This document shows positions 29,019 through 37,536 of a stretch of 64,000 nucleotides of DNA, in pieces. Every line of letters starts with the position of its first letter. Within the stretch, counting starts at the first letter, position 1. Under the pieces are notes generated by a model. It was not told where the DNA came from. It ran no database searches and was given only the letters and a program-made list of their open reading frames with translations. Position numbers and translations under genes: made by a program. The DNA lies in NCBI GenBank assembly GCA_023421675.1, contig JAEZTC010000013.1, positions 464,037 through 528,036 on the forward strand. The letters are read 5' to 3'. The DNA is from Bacillota bacterium (GTDB taxonomy: Bacteria; Bacillota; Clostridia; Acetivibrionales; JANLFN01).

Positions 29019-30692
29019 GTGTTTTACGTGTGGAGGAATAATAAAAACGAACAAAAATTAAACGTAATTACAGCTGCATTTGGTTTTGACAATTATATGG
29101 TGGATAAGGTTATAGAACAGCCTGGAAGATTGGGAATAAGGGCTATACACAAAACCGCTTTCAATTATGACACTCTTGAACCCAAAAAAGCCTACTATTT
29201 GGAAGGCAGTAGCTACGACATGGGATATATGATGGGTTTACTCGCCGAGAAAGAAATATCTTCAATGGCTGTGGACTTTACAGATAAGGTAATATTTGAT
29301 TTTATAAAGGAAAGAGATCAAAACAGGGGCAGCTTACTGATGGATATGCTGTTAAAACTCCTCAATACCTTGACAAAAGGAATGTTTAGTCAACTTTCTG
29401 TTCAGCTCCGTGATGAAATAAATGGCTTGTATGATGGCTGCAAAGCCGCCAATCCGAAGACTAATGTAACAATCAACAGACTCGTTTCCCTGAATTTTGA
29501 TATAGATGTTTTATGTTCACTTGTTTACACAGGAGCCTTTATTCTAAAAAGTATTCCTAATGCCAACCCTTCTTATTTCAGAATTCCTCTTGCATGTAAC
29601 GGTTTTTCGGTTTTTGGCAATGCTGCTGGGAATGGACATTATTTTGGACGTGACTTTATGTTCACAAATGCGGGAGTGTTTCAGAATAACGCTGCTACAA
29701 TTATTTATAACCCTAAAAGGGAATATGGAAGAGAAGCTTATCCAATGGTGAGCATAGGTGCCCCCGGAATGATTGGGAGTATCGCAGGCATGAATATATT
29801 TGGTGTTGGGATGGGGGTAAACATGTCTCCCGGAGCTAACTGTACTCCCGGTAAAATAGGAACAAATTCTCTCCTGTTGGCACGAACTTGCTTACAGTAT
29901 GGCGATTCAGCGGAAAAAGCGGTAAGAATAATGGTGGAAACACCAAGAGGTGTTTCATGGAACTATATAATTGCTGATGGAAACAATGACAGAGCATGTG
30001 TTGTTGAGGCTGGTGCATCCGATATAAAAGGAGAATTTACAAGCTACCCACCTTCATCAATTAAACAGCTTCTTCCGGATAGAACCTTTCTAAGATTCCA
30101 TAAATCAGCAGAGTATAATAAAGGCCTCATGGTCAGATGGAATGATTATAAATATCCGAGAGAGTATCTTGACTTTAATCCGGGACTTTGCAGGGATAAA
30201 AGGAAACCTGACATGGATTGCTTCAGTGAAAGGGGCTATATCAATAAGAGTTTTAATGATAAGAATTGCCCATCAACAAATTATTTCGCACCGCAAAGGG
30301 AAGCCAGGAATGATGTGGTTATAGTCACAAACCATTATGTAATACCTGAAATGCGTTTCTTCTCAATGTATCCATGGACTTCAAGAATTATCGGCGACTC
30401 TGTAAATGAAATTCAATGGAGGTATGATGAACTCAATAATGAAATACTTTCGGCTATACAAAACAAAGGATATATAAATTTTGAATGTGCCCGGGGAATA
30501 ATAGATTTTTTGTCCCCTTACGGAAGATTTCCGGCTTATTATTCAAAAAGCCCAAAAAGCAGTGATGGGAGACAGGTGCAGATAAAAGGCAGTGTATCTT
30601 TGTTTGATCTGAAACAAAAGGTTGCATACAATCATTATGGTTATTACTGTGATGAATGGGTTAAGACTTCGTTGCCTAACTATATAATGTAA
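29019..30692 (+). CDS. Uncharacterised protein with C45-type (acyl-CoA:6-APA acyltransferase-like) Ntn-hydrolase core
   Basis: The pattern C-x2-F...G-x4-GRDFMF, then GMIGSIAGMNIFGVGMGVN and WNYIIADG, resembles peptidase family C45. At 557 aa it is much longer than typical members. The start is uncertain (GTG at 29019). Confidence 0.5.
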   Translation: MFYVWRNNKNEQKLNVITAAFGFDNYMVDKVIEQPGRLGIRAIHKTAFNYDTLEPKKAYYLEGSSYDMGYMMGLLAEKEISSMAVDFTDKVIFDFIKERDQNRGSLLMDMLLKLLNTLTKGMFSQLSVQLRDEINGLYDGCKAANPKTNVTINRLVSLNFDIDVLCSLVYTGAFILKSIPNANPSYFRIPLACNGFSVFGNAAGNGHYFGRDFMFTNAGVFQNNAATIIYNPKREYGREAYPMVSIGAPGMIGSIAGMNIFGVGMGVNMSPGANCTPGKIGTNSLLLARTCLQYGDSAEKAVRIMVETPRGVSWNYIIADGNNDRACVVEAGASDIKGEFTSYPPSSIKQLLPDRTFLRFHKSAEYNKGLMVRWNDYKYPREYLDFNPGLCRDKRKPDMDCFSERGYINKSFNDKNCPSTNYFAPQREARNDVVIVTNHYVIPEMRFFSMYPWTSRIIGDSVNEIQWRYDELNNEILSAIQNKGYINFECARGIIDFLSPYGRFPAYYSKSPKSSDGRQVQIKGSVSLFDLKQKVAYNHYGYYCDEWVKTSLPNYIM

Positions 30693-30696
30693 TGGC

Positions 30697-31602
30697 TTAT
30701 GCAGTAAAATAAATTATTGCCGCACTTGATAATACCCATAAAATCATATCTATAAGCAGCGGCTTGTCTGATAATATAACTTCTTCGGGACTGCCGCCTT
30801 CGTTTTTCTTGTAGATTATATATTGATACCTGAATATGCCATAAAGCACAAAGGGTATGGTAGACATAAGGTAATAGTTGCTTCGCGAGCTGAAGGTGTA
30901 GAGTGTGTAAGCCATAACTGTAGAAGAAATAATAATCGAAAGCATTTTATCTATAAATTCAAGTGAATATTCATCAAGTATTTTTCTATGATGTTCGGCT
31001 TTTTCTTCAAGAACAAGCAATTCGTTTCTTCTTTTGCTGAACCCAAGGAACAAGGAAAGCAGGAGTGTGCACAACAAAAGCCAGGGTGAAATAAATACAT
31101 CTATTGCTATACAACCACTTATTACTCTTAGTATGAAGCCTAAGGCAATTGACATTACATCAATAATAACCATATGTTTTAGCACAAAGCAGTATAAAAT
31201 ATTATTTGTAAAATAAACTACAATAAGCAGGAACAAGAGCTTGCTGAATATAAATGAACCTATCAGTACAGCAGGTACAAGAATAAATAATAAAACCAGT
31301 GCTTCAGTTTTGCTTATGGCTCCTGAAGCTATTGGCCTTAATTTCTTTTTTGGGTGCAGCCTGTCTTTTGAAGCATCAATCATATCGTTTAAAATGTAAA
31401 CGGAAGATGAAGCTGCACAGAACAGAACAAAACACAACAGTGTTCTTTCGAGAAGATCTGCATGGAGAATGTTATTTGAGAATACAAGCGCAGCAAATAC
31501 AAAAAGGTTTTTTATCCATTGTTTGGGTCTGAAAAGCTTAATATAAGATTTTAATTTGTTGTTTGCCTGTAGTTCGGCATTTTGTCCCATTGTATTCTCC
31601 AT
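30697..31602 (-). CDS. UbiA-family polyprenyl-phosphate phosphoribosyltransferase (decaprenyl-phosphate 5-phosphoribosyltransferase-like)
   Basis: A 301-aa ORF with about 8 TM segments. The Asp-rich motif is NDMIDASKDRLHPKKKLRPIASG, as in DPPR synthase-type UbiA enzymes. Confidence 0.75.
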   Translation of the reverse strand: MENTMGQNAELQANNKLKSYIKLFRPKQWIKNLFVFAALVFSNNILHADLLERTLLCFVLFCAASSSVYILNDMIDASKDRLHPKKKLRPIASGAISKTEALVLLFILVPAVLIGSFIFSKLLFLLIVVYFTNNILYCFVLKHMVIIDVMSIALGFILRVISGCIAIDVFISPWLLLCTLLLSLFLGFSKRRNELLVLEEKAEHHRKILDEYSLEFIDKMLSIIISSTVMAYTLYTFSSRSNYYLMSTIPFVLYGIFRYQYIIYKKNEGGSPEEVILSDKPLLIDMILWVLSSAAIIYFTA

Positions 31603-31613
31603 TTGTGTTTTCC

Positions 31614-31958
31614 TTATCTTGTAATAACAATTATACCTATTATAATTATTGCCAAGCCAATAATGTTATTTAAGTGTATCTCTTCGTGAAGGAAGAAATA
31701 GGCCAGAAACATTGTAAAAATATAACCCAGACTGACAAGGGGATAGGCTACACTGAGTTTTTCCTTTGACAGAAAGTTGATCCACAAAATAGCGCTTAAG
31801 CCGTAACTGAATAAGCCCAGCATTAAATACTTGTCAGTAAAAATGGTGAAAAACCTGCTGAGACTTAATTTATTAAAAGTGTCTGATCCAAGCTTTAAAA
31901 GAAGCTGAGCAACCGCACCAAGCGAAATGCTTAAAAGTGCTGTTAAATACTTATACAT
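31614..31958 (-). CDS. Small 4-TM EamA/SMR-like protein (ArnE/ArnF-type polyprenyl-phospho-sugar flippase-like)
   Basis: A 114-aa ORF with four TM helices and an SVAYPLVSLGYIF motif typical of ArnE-like proteins. It ends 12 nt upstream of the UbiA gene start on the same strand. Confidence 0.6.
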   Translation of the reverse strand: MYKYLTALLSISLGAVAQLLLKLGSDTFNKLSLSRFFTIFTDKYLMLGLFSYGLSAILWINFLSKEKLSVAYPLVSLGYIFTMFLAYFFLHEEIHLNNIIGLAIIIIGIIVITR

Positions 31959-32075
31959 ACCAATAATCCTTTAGGATATATAATAGAATTAGTGTCTTAA
32001 TACAATTTAAGACATATTAATAATAACCTTAGAATGGATAATTGTCAAAATACTTGCAACAGGTAAGAAATAAAT

Positions 32076-32107
32076 AAAAACCCGGAGATAATGCTCTCCG
32101 GGTTTTG
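32076..32107 (-). terminator. Rho-independent terminator after the paralog array
   Basis: Hairpin cccggaga...tctccggg. A T-run follows on the minus strand. Confidence 0.75.
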
Positions 32108-32116
32108 AATCTCATA

Positions 32117-33778
32117 TTAAAAGATGTCTATGTATGGAATGTCTTCAAAAACCTTAAAAGAAAAATCCGCCAAGGCTTTTTCTTTGGTTTTACGATCATT
32201 AAAATAGTATTCTGATATATTCAACCAGTCATTGTTTATAATATCGTCTAATCCTGTTGCTGTAGTGGCGTTTATATCGTTGGCTATAGGTTCATATACC
32301 TTAAATATATTCTGATTAATAGTCTTGTTTATATATGTATCATCATTTTTAAATTTACTTACCAATTCCTTGTTATTAATAAAATCTCCATAATTCTGTG
32401 CACATTCTTCCAAATGATCCCTATCAGAGGTCAGGTATTTCATAAACTGCCATGATAAATCTTTTTTATCACTTGTCGCGGACATGCAAAGAACTGTTCC
32501 TCCCCAATAGTAGTTATAGGGAGCCTTTGCTATACCCCACATTCCTTTGTTAAGATTACTTCTGTCGTTGGCTTCTATAATATTTGAAATTCCCCATGTA
32601 GGAATTGCAAAACACATAGTTGTTCTGTCACTAATAGACTCATTCCAAGAAGGAGTCCATGCTCTTATATCTCCTGAATATTTATTCTTGAAAAGATATT
32701 TTTGCAAATCCAGGCATTCAATCATTTTTGAATCAATTGTCAGCTTATTATTCACTATCCATGGCTGAGATCTGGCGCAGCTGTACAATTGGAAGAGATC
32801 TTCATGTCCAGGGAATAATTTTGCTGTGCCTTTACTATTGTTATAAAGTGTTTTTGCTGTTCCAATTATGTTTTCAGGAGATGAAAGCATATTTCCGATC
32901 TTATCAGGGTCATCAGTTCCCAGGTACTTTTTAGCGATGTCCCTTTTATAACCAACTCCACCTGGACATGCATACCATGAAAGACCCTTTAGATTACCCT
33001 CATAATCTTTTGCAATATCCAATGTAAAGGGGAACATGTTGCTTGTTATATCAGCAGCTTTGTATTTATCTAAGCCCAAGTTTTCGCAAAGTCCATCTAC
33101 GTCAATAAAACGCTTAATAAAAGCAGATTCTAATGCAAATAGATCTGGCATACCTGAATTTGCACGATAGGCAGCAGCCAATTTGTTTTGATAGTTTAAC
33201 TGGGTATCCGGAGTTACTGTTAAATATATTTTAGTTTCAGGGAATTTTTTTGTTAATGCTTTTTTAATATTATCTGCTTCATATTTATAATAGTGCCATA
33301 TAGTAATTGAATTGGAAGAATCCATTCTGACATTGTCTATTGATAATGTATTTGTTTTTGAGTTAAATGTCAGGCTATAACCAAGTGCTTCAAGAACTAT
33401 ACGGATAGGCAGATAGGTTTTGTTGTTCTTAACAGTTGAAATTGTATCATTGATAAGTATCTGACCGTTTTTATATATGTAAGGCTTTCCGAAAGGTACC
33501 TCAATTATTGTATCACCTTTTACAACAATTACTGAATTCTTCTTACTATTAACACTAACCGTTGCTCCAAGCGGCTCAAGTGTTGCCCTTAAAGGTACCT
33601 GCATTCTTCCGTTTGAATCATAATAAGGGTAACCGGTAGAATCGTCGTAAACCAGTTGCTGACCGTTTAATATAATAGTGATTTGGCTGGCTTGTGCATT
33701 GGAAAATGTAATTCCACAAGAAAACACTATAAAAAAGCATATAAGAAAACTGACCCGAGATATCAATTTTTTAGACAT
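32117..33778 (-). CDS. Secreted fusion protein: copper-amine-oxidase-N-terminal-like domain + family-1 extracellular solute-binding domain (paralog A)
   Basis: Signal peptide MSKKLISRVSFLICFF. A block of about 110 aa (GRMQVPLRATLEPLGATV...TYLPIRIVLEALGY) resembles the Cu_amine_oxidN1 domain. About 400 aa follow with SBP features (PDLF, GYKRDIAKKYLG, PTWG, WGG). Confidence 0.7.
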   Translation of the reverse strand: MSKKLISRVSFLICFFIVFSCGITFSNAQASQITIILNGQQLVYDDSTGYPYYDSNGRMQVPLRATLEPLGATVSVNSKKNSVIVVKGDTIIEVPFGKPYIYKNGQILINDTISTVKNNKTYLPIRIVLEALGYSLTFNSKTNTLSIDNVRMDSSNSITIWHYYKYEADNIKKALTKKFPETKIYLTVTPDTQLNYQNKLAAAYRANSGMPDLFALESAFIKRFIDVDGLCENLGLDKYKAADITSNMFPFTLDIAKDYEGNLKGLSWYACPGGVGYKRDIAKKYLGTDDPDKIGNMLSSPENIIGTAKTLYNNSKGTAKLFPGHEDLFQLYSCARSQPWIVNNKLTIDSKMIECLDLQKYLFKNKYSGDIRAWTPSWNESISDRTTMCFAIPTWGISNIIEANDRSNLNKGMWGIAKAPYNYYWGGTVLCMSATSDKKDLSWQFMKYLTSDRDHLEECAQNYGDFINNKELVSKFKNDDTYINKTINQNIFKVYEPIANDINATTATGLDDIINNDWLNISEYYFNDRKTKEKALADFSFKVFEDIPYIDIF

Positions 33779-33812
33779 TTTTTGAACCCCTCTCTTAATG
33801 TATGAATACGTA

Positions 33813-33841
33813 ATTTTAACATTATTATCAAGGGGTTACAA
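33813..33841 (-). promoter_or_regulatory. Candidate sigma-A promoter of paralog A (TTGTAA-17-TAAAAT) inside a duplicated 41-nt block
   Basis: The block 33811-33851 matches 37362-37402 at 40 of 41 positions. On the minus strand it reads TTGTAA, a 17-nt spacer, then TAAAAT, about 35 nt upstream of the start codon. Confidence 0.5.
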
Positions 33842-33976
33842 TAATAACTAACAATAATTTACAGAATCTATTTCATTGTCGACAAAGACTCTCTCTAATG
33901 GATAATAATATTATCTTTGTTATCAAAATTTACAACGTTTTAGTGTGTATGAAATAGGCTTATATTTACTAAAATT

Positions 33977-35629
33977 TTATTCAACTTTTACATTAGGGAG
34001 ATAAATACTTAAGCCGTTTTTGAAGGCTGCAATTGCTCGTTCTTTAGTGAGTTTATCATTGAAATACCGATAGGAATAATCCAGCCAGTTCTCATTTAAT
34101 ACATCATCAAACTCAGTAATATTCTTTGCGTTAATATTTTTTGTCAAAGGCTCAAAGGTTTCATAAAAGTTTTGGTTTAACGTACTATTAAAGAAGGAGT
34201 TATTGTTCTTTAATTCTTCAATCAGTTCTAAATTATTTATAAAATCACCAGTATTATATGCCCATTGTCTTAATTGATCCTTATCTGATGCTAAGTACTT
34301 AAGCATTTTCCAACAAGTATTTTTTTTGTTACTGTTCGCTGATATACAAAGCCAGTCTCCACCCCAATAATAGGGATAGGGGGCTTTTGCTATTGACCAT
34401 CTTCCGCTGCCTTTATGTTCACGATCCGAAAATAGTATATATTCAATTCCCCAAGTTGGAATTGAATAACACATATAAGTATCATCTTGTATTGATGCAT
34501 CCCAAGCTGGTGTCCAAGATTTTATATTTCCTGAGTATTTATTACTCTCCAGACTTTTTTCCAAATCAAGATATTCCAACATTTTTGAATCAATGGTAAG
34601 TTTGTTATTAGCTGTCCATGGCAGAGATTTAGAACATTTATATGCTTGAAATAATTCATCCGCTCCAGCAAATAACTTAGCTTTACCCTTACTTGCATCA
34701 AATAATTTTTTTCCTGTATTTAATATATTAGCTGATGAGGATAGCATTTCCCCGATTGCATCGGGATTATCAGTTCCCAAGTACTTTTTGGCGATATCCC
34801 TTTTATAACCTATCCCTCCCGGGCATGCCATATATGTAAGTCCTCTAAGAGTACCATTGTTATCCTTTGCAACATCAACGGTATAAGGAATCATGTTTTT
34901 TGTTATTTCAGAGGCAGTATACTTTGCTGAATCCAGGTTCTCACATAATCCATCTGTATTAATAAATTTTTTTATAAAGCTTGACTCGGCAACAAAAATA
35001 TCCGGAAAACCGGAACCTGCCCTAAAGCTGGCTATGATTTTATTTTGATAAGCAGAATTAACATCGTTAATTTGTGTAAAATTAATATTCATATTAGGGA
35101 AATTTCTTTTGAGTGCCTTATATAAATTCTCCTCTACTTTTTTAGAATAGTTCCAAAAGTTAACTGATGAAGAAATATCAGACATTTCAATTCTTAGTGT
35201 ATTGGTTTTAGAGTCAAATAAAAGGGTGTATCCAAGGGCCTCAAGAACTATTCGTATTGGTAAATAGGTTCGATTATTTTTAACTGTTGAAACAGTATCG
35301 TTTAAAATCAAAACTCCATTTTTATATATAAAACTTTTTCCGAAAGGGACTTCAATTGTGATACTGTTCTTTTGTACAATTACTGAATTTTTATCACTAT
35401 CTACATAGATGGTTGCTCCCAAGGGTTCAAGTGTTGCCCTTAAGGGTACCTGCATTCTTCCGTTGGAATCGTAATATGGGTAACCTGTAGAATCATTGTA
35501 AGTCAGTTTCTGACCGTTTAAAAATATATTAATTTGACTGCCTTGTGCATTTGTGAAGGTAATTCCACAAGAAAAGACTATTATAAAGCATATAAGAAAA
35601 CTGACCCGAGATATCATTCTTTTAGACAT
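33977..35629 (-). CDS. Secreted CuAO-N-like + solute-binding-domain fusion protein (paralog B)
   Basis: Same architecture as paralogs A and C. Long stretches are identical to C (for example ITKNMIPYTVDVAKDNNGTLRGLTYMACPGGIGYK). Only 49 nt separate it from paralog C upstream. Confidence 0.7.
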   Translation of the reverse strand: MSKRMISRVSFLICFIIVFSCGITFTNAQGSQINIFLNGQKLTYNDSTGYPYYDSNGRMQVPLRATLEPLGATIYVDSDKNSVIVQKNSITIEVPFGKSFIYKNGVLILNDTVSTVKNNRTYLPIRIVLEALGYTLLFDSKTNTLRIEMSDISSSVNFWNYSKKVEENLYKALKRNFPNMNINFTQINDVNSAYQNKIIASFRAGSGFPDIFVAESSFIKKFINTDGLCENLDSAKYTASEITKNMIPYTVDVAKDNNGTLRGLTYMACPGGIGYKRDIAKKYLGTDNPDAIGEMLSSSANILNTGKKLFDASKGKAKLFAGADELFQAYKCSKSLPWTANNKLTIDSKMLEYLDLEKSLESNKYSGNIKSWTPAWDASIQDDTYMCYSIPTWGIEYILFSDREHKGSGRWSIAKAPYPYYWGGDWLCISANSNKKNTCWKMLKYLASDKDQLRQWAYNTGDFINNLELIEELKNNNSFFNSTLNQNFYETFEPLTKNINAKNITEFDDVLNENWLDYSYRYFNDKLTKERAIAAFKNGLSIYLPNVKVE

Positions 35630-35678
35630 TTTATGCCCCCTGAATATTAATGATAAAATTTATTAAACATTTTTAATA

Positions 35679-37331
35679 TTATTCTGTTTCTACAGATGGA
35701 AGATAAGTATCTAGCCCATTTTTAAAAGCTGCTATTGATTTTTCTCTTGTGAGCTTATCACAGAAATAACGTTCGGAATAATCCAGCCAGTTCTTATTTA
35801 AAACATCATCAAATTCAGTAATATTCTTTGTATTAATATTTTTAGTTAAAGGCTCAAAAACTTCATAAAAGTTTTGGTTTAACGTACTATTAAAGAATGT
35901 GTTATTACTTTTTAGTTCTTCAATCAGTTCTACATTATTTATAAAATCATCAGTGTCATATGCCCATTGTCTTAATTGATTCTTATCGGATGTTAAGTAC
36001 TTAACCATTTTCCAACTGGTATATTTTTTATTACTGCTAGCTGATATAGATAGCCAGTCTCCACCCCAATAATAGGGGTAAGGGGCTTTTGCTATTGCCC
36101 ATCTGCCGCTGCTTTTGTTTTTATCATTATCATAAATAATATCCTTAACTCCCCACGTAGGCATGGCATAACACATGTTGATATCGTCTTGTATTGACCA
36201 GTTCCAAGCCGCTGTCCAGGCTCTCATTCTACCTGAGTATTTATTGCTTTCCAGAACTTTTTGAATATCAAGATATTCTGTTGTTTTTGAATCAATTATC
36301 AGCTTAGTGTTTACTATCCACGGCTGGGATTTTGCAAATGAATAACTATGATAGAGTTCATCCATCCCAGCAAACAATTTAGCTTTTCCATTACTTGCAT
36401 CATACATTCTTTTTGCGGTATTTAATATATTGTCCGATGAGGAAAGCATTTTCCCGATTTCATCAGGATTATCAGTTCCCAAGTACTTTTTTGCGATATC
36501 TTTTTTATATCCTATTCCTCCCGGGCATGCCATATATGTAAGGCCTCTAAGGGTACCGTTGTTATCCTTTGCAACATCGACGGTATAAGGAATCATGTTT
36601 TTTGTTATTTCAGAAGCATTATACTGTGCTGAATCCAGGTTTTCACACAGTCCATCGGTATTAATGAAATTTTTTAAAAAAGCCGATTCTACCCCAAAAA
36701 TATCTGGTAAACCTGAACCTGCTCTAAAACTGGCGGTCAGCTTATTTTGATAAGCCGATATTGTATTAGGTGTAATTACTAGGGTAATATTTACATTGGG
36801 AAATTTTGTTGTAAGTGACTTAGTAAGATTTTTTCCCGCATCCGGCTCGTAATGCCAAAGGATAATTGATGAAGAGAGTTCGGGTTGCTGAATTCTTAGG
36901 GTATTTGTCCTAGAATCAAATATAAGGGTGTAACCAAGAGCCTCAAGAACTATTCGTATTGGTAAATAGGTTCTATTGTTTTTTACTGATGAAACAGTAT
37001 CATTTAAAATCATAACTCCATTTTTATATATAAAACTTTTTCCGAAAGGCACTTCAATTGTTATATTATCTTTTATAACTATAACCGAATTATTTTCACT
37101 GTCAACACTGACTGTTGCTCCAAGCGGCTCAAGTGTTGCTCTTAAGGGTACCTGCATTCTTCCATTGGAGTCATAAAACGGATAACCGGTGGAATCATTA
37201 TAAATAAGTTTTTGGCCATCCAAAATTATTGTAATTTGGCTGGTTTGCGCATTGGAGAACATAATTCCGCACGAAAAAACTAAAAAAAAGCATATGAGAA
37301 AACTAACCCGAGATATCAATTTTTTAGACAT
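35679..37331 (-). CDS. Secreted CuAO-N-like + solute-binding-domain fusion protein (paralog C)
   Basis: Same architecture as A and B. RBS aaggagg lies upstream. Confidence 0.7.
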   Translation of the reverse strand: MSKKLISRVSFLICFFLVFSCGIMFSNAQTSQITIILDGQKLIYNDSTGYPFYDSNGRMQVPLRATLEPLGATVSVDSENNSVIVIKDNITIEVPFGKSFIYKNGVMILNDTVSSVKNNRTYLPIRIVLEALGYTLIFDSRTNTLRIQQPELSSSIILWHYEPDAGKNLTKSLTTKFPNVNITLVITPNTISAYQNKLTASFRAGSGLPDIFGVESAFLKNFINTDGLCENLDSAQYNASEITKNMIPYTVDVAKDNNGTLRGLTYMACPGGIGYKKDIAKKYLGTDNPDEIGKMLSSSDNILNTAKRMYDASNGKAKLFAGMDELYHSYSFAKSQPWIVNTKLIIDSKTTEYLDIQKVLESNKYSGRMRAWTAAWNWSIQDDINMCYAMPTWGVKDIIYDNDKNKSSGRWAIAKAPYPYYWGGDWLSISASSNKKYTSWKMVKYLTSDKNQLRQWAYDTDDFINNVELIEELKSNNTFFNSTLNQNFYEVFEPLTKNINTKNITEFDDVLNKNWLDYSERYFCDKLTREKSIAAFKNGLDTYLPSVETE

Positions 37332-37363
37332 TTTTGTACCTCCTTATGTTGGTTGACTTAATA

Positions 37364-37392
37364 ATTTTAACATTATTATCAAGAGGTTACAA
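37364..37392 (-). promoter_or_regulatory. Candidate sigma-A promoter of paralogs C-B (TTGTAA-17-TAAAAT), the duplicated 41-nt block
   Basis: See 33813-33841. The element sits at the same spacing from the start codon. Confidence 0.5.
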
Positions 37393-37455
37393 TAATAACT
37401 AATCATACAATATCGATGTATATTATTAGATGATAGAACTTTAGAATGTTAACTT

Positions 37456-37491
37456 TTAATATCAGACAAAATATTAATATCAGACAAAATA
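37456..37491. repeat. Perfect 18-nt tandem duplication (TTAATATCAGACAAAATA x2)
   Basis: Read directly: 37456-37473 is identical to 37474-37491. It abuts the terminator of the SleB-like gene. Confidence 0.9.
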
Positions 37492-37524
37492 AAAGCAGCA
37501 GAACTTTTGGTTCTGCTGCTTTAT
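37488..37524 (-). terminator. Rho-independent terminator of the SleB-like gene
   Basis: Hairpin agcagcagaac...gttctgctgct. On the minus strand it is followed by ttttatttt. Confidence 0.8.
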
Positions 37525-37536
37525 TCGTGCTGTCCC

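Larger units (their letters stand above)
32117..37331 (-). repeat. Tandem triplication of a gene of about 1.65 kb (three head-to-tail paralogs)
   Basis: The three 550-553-aa products align end to end. Long nucleotide identities are visible, for example around ggtacctgcattcttcc in all three copies. Confidence 0.9.

Noticed and set aside
32117-37331. The triplicated region as a mobile element, IS array or phage remnant.
   Set aside because: There is no transposase, integrase, terminal inverted repeat or target-site duplication. The repeats are ordinary paralogous secreted-protein genes with their own promoters.
37456-37491. The tandem 18-nt repeat as a CRISPR or minisatellite array.
   Set aside because: It has only two units and no spacers, and there are no cas genes anywhere in the window.
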